Below the pieces are notes generated by a model, which was not told the DNA's origin, did no database searches, and saw nothing but the letters and a program-made list of their open reading frames with translations. Of a DNA stretch of 64,000 nucleotides, positions 24,821-38,150 are shown in pieces. The stretch lies in NCBI RefSeq assembly GCF_030028105.1, contig NC_092375.1:14721537-14785536 (forward strand), written 5' to 3'. The first letter of the stretch is position 1; the number at the start of each line of letters is the position of its first letter. The stretch is from Mobula birostris. Taxonomy: Eukaryota. A program made the translations under genes and the position numbers.

Positions 24821-25299
24821 CGGGGGGGGGGGCGGTGGAGGTGATTCACTGTGCAAAGAACTGAGGATTCTTCTTGTGACTGTGACTGTGTGGGTTTCCT
24901 CCAGGGGCTCTAAATCTCTCCCTCTACTCTGTATTTGAATGAAAGACACTTGCACTTACAGCAAATGTTCATAACTTCAGAATGTCAATTTTTGCTTAGT
25001 ATTATTAATACAAAAATAATTGGGTGGATGTGTGCACTCCTGGGGACCCACTGTTCCAATGATAGGTTCTCAATTAATCCCTGTAAATACTGAGGCAAAT
25101 ACTAAAAATGAGGACGCACTTCCTGGTATCTCTGTCAGCGGTGACATAACCTTAGAGATCCCGAATCAATGCTGACACTTTCCCTTAAATCCCCTTTAAA
25201 TAATATCCTCAAACACATATGGGATGATGGGATTAATTATTTACCATAAATTGTTCCCAAGGTGTAAGTCATAGATTCATAAATTCACAGAACTGATAG

Positions 25300-26260
25300 T
25301 CTTCCTCATTGTCCTCTACACCCCCTATCTTGGTGTCATCTGCAGATTTGCTGATCCAGTTTACTACATTATCATCCAGATCATTGATGCAGATGACAAA
25401 TAACAGCAGATCCAGCACCGATTCTGGTCGCAAACACTTGTCACAAGCCTCCAGTCAGGAAGTCAACCATCTACTACCAATTTCTGGCTTCTTTCATGAA
25501 GCCAATGTCAAATCAAATTTAGTACCTCATCCTGAATGCCAACCGACTGAACATTCTTGACCAACCTCCCATGCATGATCTTGTCAAAGGCCTTGTTAAA
25601 GTCCGTGAAGACAATATCCACTGTCTTGCCTTCATCAACTTTCCTGATAACTCTAAAACAGAGGTTCTCAACCTCTGTCATGCTACGGACCCCTACAGTT
25701 AACCAAGAAGGCCATGGACCCCGGGTTCGGAACCTTGCTCTAAAAACTGTAAGATTGAAAAACTTGGGGAAATCAAAAAACTTTATAAGATCAGTTAGAC
25801 ATGCTCCACCCAGCACAAAGCCACGTTGACTATCCTTAATCAGTTTTTGTCTATCCAAATACTTATATGTCTGGTCCCTTAGAATACCATCCAATAACCT
25901 ACCACTACTGATATCAGGCTTACCAGCCTTTAATTTCCTTGGTTATTTTTAGAGCCTTTGTTAAACAGTATAACAATGTTAGCTATCTTCCATTCCTCCA
26001 GTACCTCACCTGTCACTAAGGTGGTTTAAATATCACTGCTCGGCCCCCTGCAAATTCTGCACTAACCTCCCACAATGCCCGAAGGAACACTTGTTAAGTT
26101 CTGGGGATTTATCCACCCTAATTTACCTCAAGATAGCAAGTACCTCCTTTTCTGTAATCTCTGTACGGTCCGTGACTTCACTGCTGTTTTGCCTCACTTC
26201 TGTAGAATCAAGTAAATGCAGATGCAAAAATTCCATTTAAGATCTTTCCCAGTCCCCAGT
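25300..26260 (-). mobile_element. CR1 ORF2 central fragment
   Basis: ORF 25508-25894: SQRGFV.G.ACLT.LI.FF and DIVFTDFNKAFDKI.H. Confidence 0.88.
25659..25737. mobile_element. 79-bp hAT (Charlie-like) MITE inserted in CR1
   Basis: Imperfect TIRs CAGAGGTTCTCAACC / GGTTCGGAACCTTG; perfect 8-bp TSD CTCTAAAA at 25651-25658 and 25738-25745. Confidence 0.88.
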
Positions 26261-27049
26261 TCAGTGGTACAATCTGGAAGGAGTTGATAGTGATGAGAAC
26301 AGAATAAACAGGGATTTGTGTAGAATTATATAAACGAGTGCTCGATGGTCAGCATGAACTCGGTATGCCAAACAGCCCATTTCTGTGCGGCATCATGCAA
26401 TGGCTTTGCATTTATACAATTTCAGCTGTCATTTTCCCTGTAATCTCTGGACAGATATATCGCACATCATGAGCGATGATAACTGCAGTTAATTTTGGGA
26501 CTTTCTTTATCTCTGCTCACTGGGCCTGGGTCACTAATTGAAGTCATGGCCTTGACGTCCAGAGCGAAATTATTCCCAGCAATGAATGTGTGTACATCTG
26601 TGTCTGAGGGATCAAATTCAGCACCTGCAGGTGCAAGTAGCCTGTATATGAGAGATCCACAAATAAATCTTCCTCCTTTCAAAAGATGCCAAACTTGTTG
26701 AAAGTTTGCATCAGTCTGCTTTAGGTATCCTGTTGAGATTGCTGGGAATGGTGTACTGATGTTTACATAGGACTTGGTAGCTGCATTTTCAGAACCAGAA
26801 TTAGAATCAGGTTTAATATCACTGGCATGTGTCGTGAAATTTGTTGATTTGTGGCAGCAGTACATTGCAATACATTACAATAAAAAACTATAAATTACAA
26901 TAATAAATATATACAAATAAAATAAGGAGTATAAAACTGAAGCAAAAAAAAGGAAAATTAAGCAGTGAAGTAATGCACATGGGCTCATTGTCCATTCGAA
27001 ATCTGATGACAAAGAGGAAGAAGCTGTTCCTAAAATGTTGGGAACGGGA

Positions 27050-27256
27050 ACGTCGACTTAGGCCTGTGTCAGGCATTTTCATGTATACAAGGCGCAGATT
27101 GGAAGTCTGTGTGGGGCGCCACTCCTCGCACAGACACTAGAGCAATGTGTGGTTAAGTGCCTTGCTCAAGGACACAAACACGCTGCCACAGCTGAGGCTC
27201 GAACTAGCGACATTCAGATCACTAGACCAACGCCTTAACCACTTGGCCACGTGCCC
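27050..27256 (-). mobile_element. tRNA-derived SINE (5'-truncated plus-strand copy at about 38196-38325)
   Basis: Box A TGGCCAAGTGG and box B GTTCGAGCC on minus strand, followed by GTGTCCTTGAGCAAGGCACTTAACC core. Confidence 0.85.
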
Positions 27257-27639
27257 AACACATTGAGTATCTGACTATACCCTGTTTTGAAGAAACTTGC
27301 ACTTAGAAAAAATATTCATAACTTCAGAATGTCAACTGTTGCTTAGTATTGTTAATACCAAGGTGAATGGATGGATGGGAAAAATCTCTGTTATTCAATC
27401 TTCATATGACAGCTTCTGAAGATATTGACAGGTACCCAAATGCTCCCTAAACATAAGGATGGACTTCCGGCTATGTCCGTCAGTTGTGACATACTGTCAG
27501 AGAATCTCCATCAACACATTCCCATATATTCCCTTGAAATAGTAGTACGCAGTTAGGAACTCCATGTCGGAAGTGACAAACCCTTTGGCATTCCACATCA
27601 ATGGTGACACACTCCCAGATGCATCTGGGAGTTACAGTA

Positions 27640-28695
27640 TGTGCTTAGCCCCCTGCTCTATTCACTTTACACTTATGACAGTGTGGCTAAGCACAGCTCC
27701 AATGCCATGATTAAGTGTGCTGATGAGACCACTGTCGTAGGCCGAATCAAAGGAGGTGACGCATCAGCTAGTTGGAGGGAGATTGAAAACCTAGCTGAGT
27801 GATGCCACTATAGTAACCACTCACTCATTGTCAGAATGACCAAGAAGCCGATTATTGACGTCAGGAGAGGAAACCGGAGGTCCATGAGCCAGTCCTCATC
27901 GAAGGGATCTGAAGTGGAGAGGGTAAGCAACTTTATAACTCCTTGGTGTTATCATTTCAGGAGCCCTGTCCTGGCCCAGCATGTAAGAGCAATTATGAAG
28001 AAAGCATGGCAACACCTCTACTTGCATAGAAGTTTGCTAAGACTTCAGCATGAAAAACTTCTATAGATGTGTGGTGGGAGTATATTGACTGGCTGCTTCG
28101 CAGCCTGGTGCAGAAACACCAATGCCCTTGAATTGAAAATCCTACTATAAGTAATGGCTATGACCCAGTTCATCACAGGTAAAGCCCTCCCCACCATTGA
28201 GCACATTTACACAGATCGCTATTGCATGAATGCAGCATTCATCAGCGACCTCCACCATCCAGGTCATACTCTCTGCTCGCTGCCATATTAGAAAGAAGGC
28301 ACTTGAGCCTCAGGACTCATACCACCAGGTTAAGGAACAGTTATTAGTCCTCAAGCATCAGGCTCTTGAACTAGTGGGGATAATTTCATTCAAATCCACT
28401 GGCCCCATCACTGAACTGTTCCTGAACTTTTAACTCACTTTGGACTCTTCATCTCATGTTCTTGATATTTATTGCTTATTTATTTAATGCTATTATTTCT
28501 TATTTTCTTTTATATGTTCACAGTTTGTTGTTTTCTGCACTTTGATTGTGTTTCCACCCTGTTGGGTGAGATCTTTCATTGATTTTATTATGGTTCTTGG
28601 ATTCACTGAGTATATCCGCAAGAAAACAAATCTCAGTGTCCTCTGTATATTCTGAGATATATGTACTTTGATAATACATTTACTTTCAACTTTAC
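27640..28695 (+). mobile_element. Rex1/Babar LINE RT-to-3' end fragment, decayed
   Basis: CVLSPLLYSLYTYD.VAKHSSNA.IKCADETTVVG.I, KKAWQHLY.HRSL and AT-rich 3' UTR. Confidence 0.87.
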
Positions 28696-28794
28696 TGGTG
28701 ATCAACCCACGGGACAATGTCAATGGAGACACACCTCCAGAGATATACTCCCACTGAGCCTCCATCGACAGTGACACACCAACAAAGACCCCTC

Positions 28795-29082
28795 AAAGCG
28801 CAGCGGTTAGTGTGAAGCTATTAGAGCTCGGGGGGGTTCTGGAGTTTGGAGTTCAATTCTGGCACCGTTCTGTAAGAAGTCTCTGTACATCCTCCTCATG
28901 AAATGTGTGTGTGTTTTCCCTGGGGGTTTTGATTTACTCGCATGGTCCAAAGACATATCATGTAGATTAATTACTTATTGTGCATTCTCCCATGATTAGG
29001 TTAGGGTTAATTATCTCAGGTTGCTGGGGCAGCATGTCCTGAAGGACTAGAAGAACCTACTCTGTGCTGTATTACTAAATAA
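28795..29082 (+). mobile_element. V-SINE/HE1-like tRNA-derived SINE (other copies about 30860-31070 +, 37380-37650 +, 41900-42050 -, 44495-44730 +, 48570-48760 -)
   Basis: tRNA-like head (GCAGCGGTTAG...GTTCAATTC), decayed V-domain-like GTGTGGGTTTCCTCC..GTGCTCC core, CTGTGCTGTAT..CTAAATAAA tail. Confidence 0.75.
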
Positions 29083-29084
29083 AT

Positions 29085-29463
29085 CATCGTTATTATGTGC
29101 CATGTCGTATGACGAGGGCTTTCATGGTCTTATCCAAGACCAGGATTGTTCTTGGCAAATTATTCTACAGAACTGGTATGCCATTGCCTTCTTCTGGTCA
29201 GTGCCTTCACAAGACAGGTGACCCAGCTATTATCAATACCCTACAGAATTTGTCTGCCTGGTGTTAGTGGTCACATCACCAGGACTTGTGATATGCACCA
29301 GCTGCTCATACAACCATCCACCACCTCCTCCCATGGCTTCCTGTGACTCTGATCAGGGGCTAAGCAGGTTCTACTCCCTGCCTGAAGGTGACCTGTAGGT
29401 TAACAGAGGGAAGGAGTGCCTTACACCTCCTTTGGTAGAGACATACCTCCACTCTGCCACCCA
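29085..29463 (-). mobile_element. Non-autonomous RTE-tailed element, more complete copy
   Basis: Colinear with 19449-19762 and extends to the family 3' end. Confidence 0.72.
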
Positions 29464-29821
29464 GTTAAATAAATAAATGAATAAAGAAATGCTGATGTGA
29501 TACTCTAAAAGCCACTTTGTCAGTGGTGGCATATTCCCAATATTTATCTGTCCAGGAGGACGCACCCAATAGCACAATGTGCCGGACATTTTCTTGACAG
29601 CAAATAGAGTTTGTCATTATTAATCTAAATACTTGTTAAGGTCAGGCTGCTTATGGTATGCAGAGTAAGTCACAGATGCTAGATAGCTATCGAATCATTG
29701 AAAGACTCAAAGATAAATACTTCCAGCCCACACTTCTGATTTTACAATCCATTTTTGGATATTTTGTGATGCAGGGATTGCTGGAATGGTCTATCCCATC
29801 TCTAACTCAATGGATACTTCC

Positions 29822-30345
29822 AGTACCAAATAAGGGGGTCACTGAATGTACGTTTATGGTCTTTGGCTGCTGTAGCAACGCGTTGTGCTTTCAGAGGTGT
29901 GCTTCTGCAAATCACTGTTGTAACATGTGGCTATTTGATTATTTGTCATCTTCCTGTCTGCTTGAACCAGTCTGGCCATTCTCCTTTGACCTCACTCATT
30001 AACAAAGCATTTTTGCCCACAGCACTACCACTCACTGGATTTTTTTTTTTGGTTTTTCACACCCTTCTTTGTAAACTTTACAGATTGTTCTGCATGAAAA
30101 TCCCAGGAGATCAGCAGTTTCTGAGATACTCAAGTCACCCTGCCTGGCACCAACAATCATTTCACAGTCAAAGTCACATAGATTAAATTTCTTCCCCATT
30201 CTGATGCTTGCTCTGAACAACAATGGAACCTCTTGACCATGTCTACATGCTTTTATGCATTGAGTTGCTGCACATGATTGGCTGATTAGAGATTTGCATT
30301 AATGAGCAGGTGCAGATATACTTAATAAAGTGACCACTGATTGTA
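29822..30345 (-). mobile_element. Tc1-like non-autonomous element
   Basis: ORF 30032-30223 MGKK..LCDFD..MIVGARQGDLSISETADLLGFS is a Tc1 transposase N-terminal HTH; TAATAAAGTGACCACTGA terminal motif. Confidence 0.85.
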
Positions 30346-31147
30346 TTTTTAACAAGAATCCTCAACGTTTATGCTGGCTATCCAGACAAGATAGATTTTA
30401 AAAAAAATCCAGATTATTTCATTAACTAAATTTAAATTAAACCAGAGTGCTCCATGTGATAATTGCAATCAAGCTGTTGGCAGGTTAGCCGTTCACAAGA
30501 TGTGCTATGTGCTGATGTTGCAGTGTTGTGAAATCTCATGTGAAAGAAGCTGTGATTTAGCTGGTTCATTTGGAACATCAAATACATTTCAATTTTAACA
30601 TGCAAGGATGCAAGGGGCTGCAGGGAATAGTGGACTCAGCCCAATACATCATGAGCACATACCTTCCCATCATCTACAGGAGGTGCTGCCTCGGGGAAGA
30701 AACATCCATCATCAAAGATGCTCACCACGTGAGCATTGACATCTTCTTAGAGCTACCATCTGTCAGGAGGTGTAATGTAGAAGCCTAAAGTCCCATACCA
30801 CCAATCTCAGGAGCAGCTTCTTACCTGCAATCATTTGGTTCTTGAACCAACCAACACAACAGGGCAGTAGTATAGCAGTTAGCGTAACGGTATTACAGCA
30901 CCAGTGACCTGGTTCATTTCCCGCTGCTGTCTGTAAGGAGTTTGTTCCTTGTCCCTTTGACTGTGTGGGTTTCCTCTCTCATTCCAAAGAATATGAGATA
31001 GTATGGTAATTGGTCACTGTAATGGCCAGCATGGGCTCATTGCACTGGAAGCTCTATCTCTAAATTAAAAAAATCCTAATCAGTACAGATTAACAACTGC
31101 TATGCCCAAAACCACAAGAAATCGCAGAGTTCAGAGCAACCCATTAT

Positions 31148-31593
31148 AAACACAAGAGATTCTGCAGATGCTGGAAATCCAGAGCAAAATGCACAAAATG
31201 CTGGACGAACACAGCACGTTTCATCCCCTTTTATTTCCTGTCCTAATCAAGGGTCTCCAACTGAAATGCTGACTCTACCTTTCTCAGTACCTATGACAAT
31301 AATAAGCCAATACCAATATTTGACTCTCTCCCATCCACACTAGGACCATCAGACTCAAAAGCAGTTACTTCCCTTAAGTAGTAAGGCTGATCATCAGCTC
31401 CACCTGTTGAAGTTGTGGCAGGCAAGGATTAAAGAAAACAACCAGACAAGGATAGTCAGGCAAACACGAGGAAATCTGCAGAAGCTGGAATTTCAAGCAA
31501 CACACATAAAAGTTGCTGGTTTCGGCCCGAAACGTCGACTGTACCTCTTCCTAGAGATGCTGCCTGGCCCGCTGCGCTCACCAGCAACTTTTA
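31148..31593. mobile_element. Two Penelope-like fold-back terminal repeat remnants (31148-31275, 31461-31593)
   Basis: Second copy keeps the hammerhead 3' half TCGGCCC-GAAA-CG-TC-GACTG (31522-31541) between inverted AAAAGTTGCTGGT / ACCAGCAACTTTT arms. Confidence 0.75.
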
Positions 31594-32349
31594 AGGATAG
31601 TCAAGGGAGACCTTTGAAGTGAGCGCATCGGCCACACCTCTGTTTACTATTTCTAAGAGAGGTGTGATGATTGCAACCATGTATACTCTCCAGACATGCG
31701 ACACCTCTGTAATGAGATTTTTCTTGAAATATCCTCCTAAAACGTAGTGTCCCTTTACATAATAGGGAGTGCCAGAGACAAACCAGATAAGAATAATGGA
31801 AAGATGTGAAAGTAAGGGACTTTAGATAGTCTTTACTATCTTCAAAATATCATTGGCTATCACTTGAAGTTTCAAATGACTTTAAGCACCTCTATTGTGA
31901 ATGGTGATTGATCTTGCAAGTAAGGAATTGAAATATATACAGTACAATTTACCAAATGGTCAATATGTATAACTTATAAACTAATTCTGCATAAATATAG
32001 CAGGTTTTCTGCTCTGGCTTGTGAAAAGTGTGGGTGAAAGGGGACATGCTGTTCTCCTAGTACACAAATGAAATAAAAAGAATGCTTGAGTCGTAACAGT
32101 GTATGTGTTGGGGTTCAATTATTTTAGTTATTTTATTTAATTATTGGTGATGACACACCCACTATTTCTCCCCACCAGTGGCATTTTATCATTTCCTGAT
32201 AGAGTTTTCTTATGTACAGACACTCCTGTGTCCATTGTTATTTCATGCACAGACAATCAATCTATATGTATGTGTATGTGTGTGTGTATGTATATACACA
32301 CACACATAAGATATTCTTTATCTTTTTTGTGCTGCATCGGATTCAGGGT

Positions 32350-33925
32350 AGCAATTGTATTACTATGGAAAATTCTATTAATAGTGAGAAGGTGGTTGGG
32401 AAGCTGGAAGGTCTGGAGGTAGATAAATCACCTGGACCAGATGGTCCAGGGTTCTGAAAGAGGTAGCTGAGGAGATCGTGGAAGCATCAGTAATAATCTT
32501 TCCAGTATCACAGATTCTGGAATGGTTCCAAAAGACTGGAAAATTGCAAATCTTATTCCACTCTTTAAATATGGAGGGAGGCAGAAGAAAGGAAATTATA
32601 GGACAGTTAGGCTGATGTTAGTGGTTGGAAAGATATTGGAGTTGATTATTTAGGATGAGGTTTTGTGGTTCTTAGAGGCACATGATAAAATAGGCCAAAA
32701 TCAGAATGGTTTTCTGAAGAAGAAGTCTTGCCTGACAAATATCTTGGAATTCTTTGAGAAAATAACAAGCAGGATAGACAAAGGAGAGTCAGTGGATGTT
32801 GTTTATTTGTATTTTCAGAAGGCCTTTGACAAGGTACCTCCCATGAGGCAGCTTAACAAGGTAAGAGCCCGTGGTATTTCAGAAAGGATGATAGCATGGA
32901 TAAAAGTTTGGCAGACTGTCAGGAGGCAAAGAATGGGAATAAAGCAAGCCTCATCTGGTTGGCTGCCAGTGACTAGTGTTGTGCCACAGGAGTCAGTGGT
33001 TGGATGAAGGAATTGATGGCTTTGTGGCCAAGTTTGCAGATGATACGAAGATAGGCAGAGGAGCGGGTACTGTTGAGGAAGCAGTGTGTCTGCAGAAGGA
33101 CTTAAATTGGAGGAATGGGCAAAGTAGTAGTGGGTGGAATATAATGTAGGGAAGTGCATGGCCATGTATTTTGGCAGAAGGAATATTTTCTACAGTAAAT
33201 GGGCAGAAATTTCAAAAATCAGAAGTGCAGAGCAACTTGGGAGCTCTTGTGCAGGGTTCCCTAAGGTTAAGTTGGTGGTAAGAAGGCAAATGCAATGTTA
33301 GCATTCATTTTGAGAGGACTAGTACATTAGAACAAAGATGTAATGCTGAGGCATAAAAGGCATTGGTCAGACAGTACTTGGGGTATTGGGGCAGTTTTGA
33401 CCCCTTATCTAAGAAAGGATGTACTGGAATTGGAGGGAGTCCAGAAGAGGTTCACTAGAATGATCCTAGGAATGAAAGGGTCAGCACATGAGGAGCATTT
33501 GATGGCTCTGGGCCTGTACTCACTGGAGCTTAGAAGAATGAAGGGGGATCTCATTGCAATCTATCAAATATTTAAAGGTCTGGATAGAGTGGATGTGATG
33601 TTTCCTATTGTGGGAAGTCTGGAACCAGAGGGCACAGCCTCAGAATATAGGGACGTCCACTTAGAACAGAGATGATGAAAAATTTCTCAAGTAGAGGGTG
33701 GTGCATCTGTGGAATTTATTGCCACAAATGGCTCTGCAGGCCAAGTCACTGGGTATATTTAAAGCCTTGATAGACTCTTGATTAATCAGGGTGTTAAAGT
33801 TTATGGGGAGCAGGCAGGAGAATGGGGTCGAGACGGATAATAATTCAGCCATGGTGGAATGGTGGAGCAGATCCGATGGGCTGAATGGCTTAATTCTGCT
33901 CCTATATCTTACGTTCTTATCGCCT
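32350..33925 (+). mobile_element. CR1 ORF2 RT region to 3' tail, decayed
   Basis: KSPGPDG, KSCLTNILEFFE, YLYFQKAFDKVP, AKFADDTK and CR1 tail. Confidence 0.93.
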
Positions 33926-34627
33926 AATTATTTCATTCTCCTTTACACATGTGTACTGGAAATGACATTAAACAATCTTGAATTTTGGAGTAAATTGTTT
34001 TCTTATTTTATTACTGTTCAATATTCAGGTTTTGATTTAGCAGTAAATGTTGTTTTGATTTAATTCCATGCGCATTGATTAATGAAGACTTTAACAAGTT
34101 TCTACAGATGTACCCGGGAGAGCATTCTGACTGGTTACATCATCTGGTATGGAGGCGCCATTGCACAGGATCAGAAAAAGCTGCAGGCTGTAAACTTAGC
34201 CAGTTCAATCATGCCCACCATCAAGGAGGTCTTCAATAGTTAAAAAACATCAAGAAAGTGGCATCCATCATTAAGGACAATCACCATCCAGAACATCCCC
34301 CTTTTTCTTTACTATCAACAGGGAGCAGATACAGGAGCCTGAAGACACATAATCAATGCTTTAGGAACAGCTTGTTCTCCACCTTCAGAGCCCCAAATAA
34401 ACAATGAACCCATGAGCACTGTTTCATTTTTTGATCTTTTTTACTAGTTTATTTTTTTACATCTTTTTGTAATTTATAGTATTTATTATGTATTGTACTC
34501 TACTACTGCAGGAACAATAAACCTGATTCTGATTCTGATGTAGGTTTTAAGATAGCCTTGATCTATTCCATAACCAACAAATCATCTTCGATATAGTGAT
34601 CCATACAGGAAATGTAGCAATCATTTT

Positions 34628-35315
34628 ATTAGATTAGCTTAGATTACGAGGACACTCAGTCCTCGTTTATTGTCATTTAGAAATGCATGCATTAAAAAAT
34701 GATACAATTTTCCTCCAGAATGATATCACAAGAAACACAGGACAAACCAAGACTAAAACTGACAAAACCACATAATTATAACATTTGGTACAACAGTGCA
34801 AAGCAATACCATAATTTGATAAAGAACAGACCACGGGCACGGTAAAAAAAAAAGTCTCAAGTCCCAATAGCCTCATCATCTCACGCAGGCAGCAGAAGGG
34901 AGAAACTGTCCCTGCCATGAACCTCCAAGCGCTGCAAACTTGCCGATGCAGCACCATCGGAAGCACCCGACCACAGCGGGCTCTGAGCCCGTCCGAAAAC
35001 TTCGAGCCTCTGACCAGCCCTATGACACCGAGCACCGAGCACCATCGTCTGCCAAGCGCTTCGACCCTGCCCTGGCCGCCGAGCAACAAGCAAAGCCGAG
35101 GACTCGGGGCCTTCCCTTCTGGAGATTTCGGACCACACAGTAGCAGCAGAAGCAAAGCAGGCATTTCAGAAGTTTCACAGATGTTCCTCCGTGCTCTCAC
35201 GTCCGTCTTCATCAAATCAGGATTGTGCATGGCACCCTGCTTGACAAATAACAGATATCACCACTGGAGTGGCCGCTGTGAGCTGCGTCACGCAGCCGTC
35301 TTCTCCTCTCCTCTC
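34628..35315 (-). mobile_element. Young CpG-rich non-autonomous LINE derivative with stem-loop and (AATCT)n tail
   Basis: Minus-strand 3' end AATAAA-overlapping ACGAGGAC(TGAGT)GTCCTCGT hairpin then AATCT repeats; 5' end AAGACGGC; many intact CpGs; no recognisable coding motif. Confidence 0.65.
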
Positions 35316-35948
35316 TTTAATACACAGAAAACAGGGATATGATAATTACCTGATCATTTGCTTTGGTTGAATCTATGATAAATACTGGTTCAGGTCAATG
35401 TTAGTGCTGAATATAGCACTTGATCATGTTGTCCACTGCTTTAACATACTCCGTCCTACCACTTTCAAGTCTCTTCTCTCAGGTTAACAATTCTACTGAT
35501 ATAGTTCCTCTTTATGTGCACCATTAAAGTGAGCCATAACTTTGAGTATAAGGCTCTGAAAATCTACCGGTTTCTGAGACTTTTTTTTATTATTTATCAA
35601 AACAAACTTTATTCATAATAAATAAATATTTACAAGAATAATCCACACAATATCTTTCATTCTTACATTCATAGTCAGGATCACTTTATTGCCAGTGTGT
35701 GCCAGATTGTGGCTTGGTGCCAAGCATAAAACACTGGACAATACCATAACAGACAACACAACAACAACCAACAATTTACAAGACAGTAGTGTAAACAGCC
35801 ATGGGCAATCAACAATTAGGGAAAAAGTCAAAAATCAAACTTAAATAAATGTGAACATATGAACAGACTAAATAATTATCAACAGAACTAGGACAACAAG
35901 GAAAACTGGTTAACAGATGTTGATACTGTTAGAGTATTATAGTATTGA

Positions 35949-36590
35949 GTGGTATACCTGGGGATACGAATTGACAATAAACTGGACAGGTCAAAGAACA
36001 CTGAGGCTGTCTACAAGAAGGGTCAGAGCCATCTCTATTTCCTGAGGAGACTGAGGTCCTTTAATATCTGTCGGACGATGCTGAGGATGTTCTACGAGTC
36101 TGTGGTGGCCAGTGCGATCATGTTTGCTTTTCTGTGCTGGGGCAGCAGACACCAACAGAATCAACGAACTCATTCGTAAGGCCAGTGATGTTGTGGGGAT
36201 GTAAATGGACTCTCTGACGGTGGTGTCTGAAAAGAGGATGCTGTCCAAGTTGCATCCCATCTTGGACAATGTCTCCCATCCACTACATAATGTACTGGTT
36301 GGGCACAGGAGTACTTTCAGCCAGAGACTCATTCCACCGAGATGCAACACAGAGCGTCATAGGAAGTCATTCCTGCCTGTGGCCATCAAACTTTACAACT
36401 CCTCCCTTGGAGGGTCAGACACCCTGAGCCAATAGGCTGGTCCTGGACTTATTTCCTGGCATAATTTACATATTACTATTTAACTATTTATGGTGTTAAT
36501 TTAATTATTATTGGTATTTAATTACTTATGGTGCAACTGTAACGAAAACCAATTTCCCCCGGGATCGATAAAGTATGACCATGACTATGT
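35949..36590 (+). mobile_element. Rex1/Babar LINE 3' fragment
   Basis: YLGIRIDNKLD.SKNTEAVYKKGQS.LYFLRRLRSF and HPLH...RHRKSFLPVAIKLYN; ATGACY tail. Confidence 0.92.
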
Positions 36591-36689
36591 GAATTTTGTA
36601 TCAATGTATTATATAGTGGATTATTAGATTTCTTACAATCAATAAGATGGTTGCCTTCACTGGGATGTTACAGTGCTACATAACTGAGG

Positions 36690-37060
36690 GGCTTCCTCAC
36701 CTAACCCAGTTCTTCTCTGTCTAGAGGAGGAGGAACCCTAAATTGTAGTCCTCATCCACTGAGCCCTTGCAATGGCTGCACCAAGAAGCTCCAGTGCACC
36801 CCTCAGCACGTACTCCTGCAGCCTGGAACGTGCCAGTCAGCAGCAGCCCTCCATGGACAACTCGACATGCTGGCAGACCAACAGGTTTGCACAGACCAGA
36901 GTGTGTGTTTCACTGAGCTTGTGATGTGTCAGCAGCAGTTGATGTCCGTCACTGTGTGCGTCCCTGAGAACAGCCTGTAGATCACGCAGCTGCTTGGGGT
37001 GAACCATGACGCATGTCCTTGCACCTTTCATTTTCTGAGTCACTGTTCACAGCCTCGTAC
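36690..37060 (-). mobile_element. Tx1 (L1 clade) 3' fragment
   Basis: Minus strand reads ..NLLVCQH.ELS...CCxLARSRLQEYVLR.., resembling Tx1 ORF2 C-terminus. Confidence 0.6.
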
Positions 37061-37779
37061 ACAATCTGGAGAGTACATTGAAAAGACAGGCTAAGGAACC
37101 GTAGTGAAGTTAAGCACAGAATGCTCCTTTGGGTAAGTGTAAATATGGCTGTTTAATTTATGATTGACTTAGCCTCCCACCATTCTACCTGGAAGGCCAA
37201 GTCAATCATTGTCGCTGTCAGAGAGTCACAGAGTCACATAGCTCGGACGCAGGCCATTCAGACCAACTTGTCCGTGCTGTCCAAGGTTCCTTCCTGAAAT
37301 GCATTGAAATTTGATGGAACACAGCTGAGATTCAGTTCCTGAATTGAAATACACTGAAGGCTTTTATCATTTGCAGTGTCACCATGATACAGCGCCGAAA
37401 TGGGTCTTTTGCCACAAACTGGAACATAGATCTCCCACTGCTGCCTGGAAGGAGTGTGTAATGTCTCCCCGTGACCTTGTGGGTTTCCTCCAGGTGCTCC
37501 AATTTCCTCCCGCAGAACAAAGATGTACCAGTTGGTAGGTCTATTGGTCACTAAAATTGTTCCATGATTAGGCGAGGATTAAATCAGGGGATTGGAGGGT
37601 GGTGCAGCTCAAGGGGCCAGAGGACCTATTCTGCATTACATCAGAAACAAATTCTTAAAAATCTGATTGGTATGAACAATGAATTCTCCAATTTCATGCA
37701 AACTCTTTCTCTTCTCTTCCTTTTGCTCTCTTCTTGTTTTACCCAATTCCTATCCTCAGTCCTTTGTCTCCCAGTTTCT

Positions 37780-38150
37780 TTCCCCTCCTCCACCCCATGC
37801 ATCTAACCATCACCCACACATTTCCCTACCTGTTTCCATATGTCCACCCCACCTCAGTCACTTGGTTCATGCTCCACCTTCATTCTGATTAGATTACATC
37901 ATCTGCTGCCCTTTGTTTCTCTCTACCTATCATCTGCCAGCCACTGACACCATATCCGCTTTCCCTCCTCCATCTGCAAATCACCCCTCCTCAGCTGGGT
38001 CCACCTATCACTAGCCACCTCCTGCGCTAACCATTCCTCATGATAGTGATCATCTTCCCACTACTCCATCAATCCAGATGAAGGGTCTCAACCTCAAACA
38101 TTAACTGTCCACTTACTTCTGCAGATGCTGCCTGATCTTCTGTGTTTTTT
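37780..38150 (+). mobile_element. Penelope-like pLTR, decayed (related copies 43280-43690, 44975-45110, 48060-48360, 50640-50850)
   Basis: CT-rich body (CACCTATCAC) followed by degenerate CAGATGAAGGGTCTCAACCTCAAAC hammerhead motif. Confidence 0.65.

Noticed and set aside
27180-27256. tRNA gene
   Set aside because: A/B boxes are present but continue into a SINE core and tail found again at 38196; no convincing acceptor stem.
34673-35230. 185-aa ORF and overlapping 141-aa ORF as novel proteins
   Set aside because: They lie in a GC-rich repeat where stops are scarce; no domain motifs.
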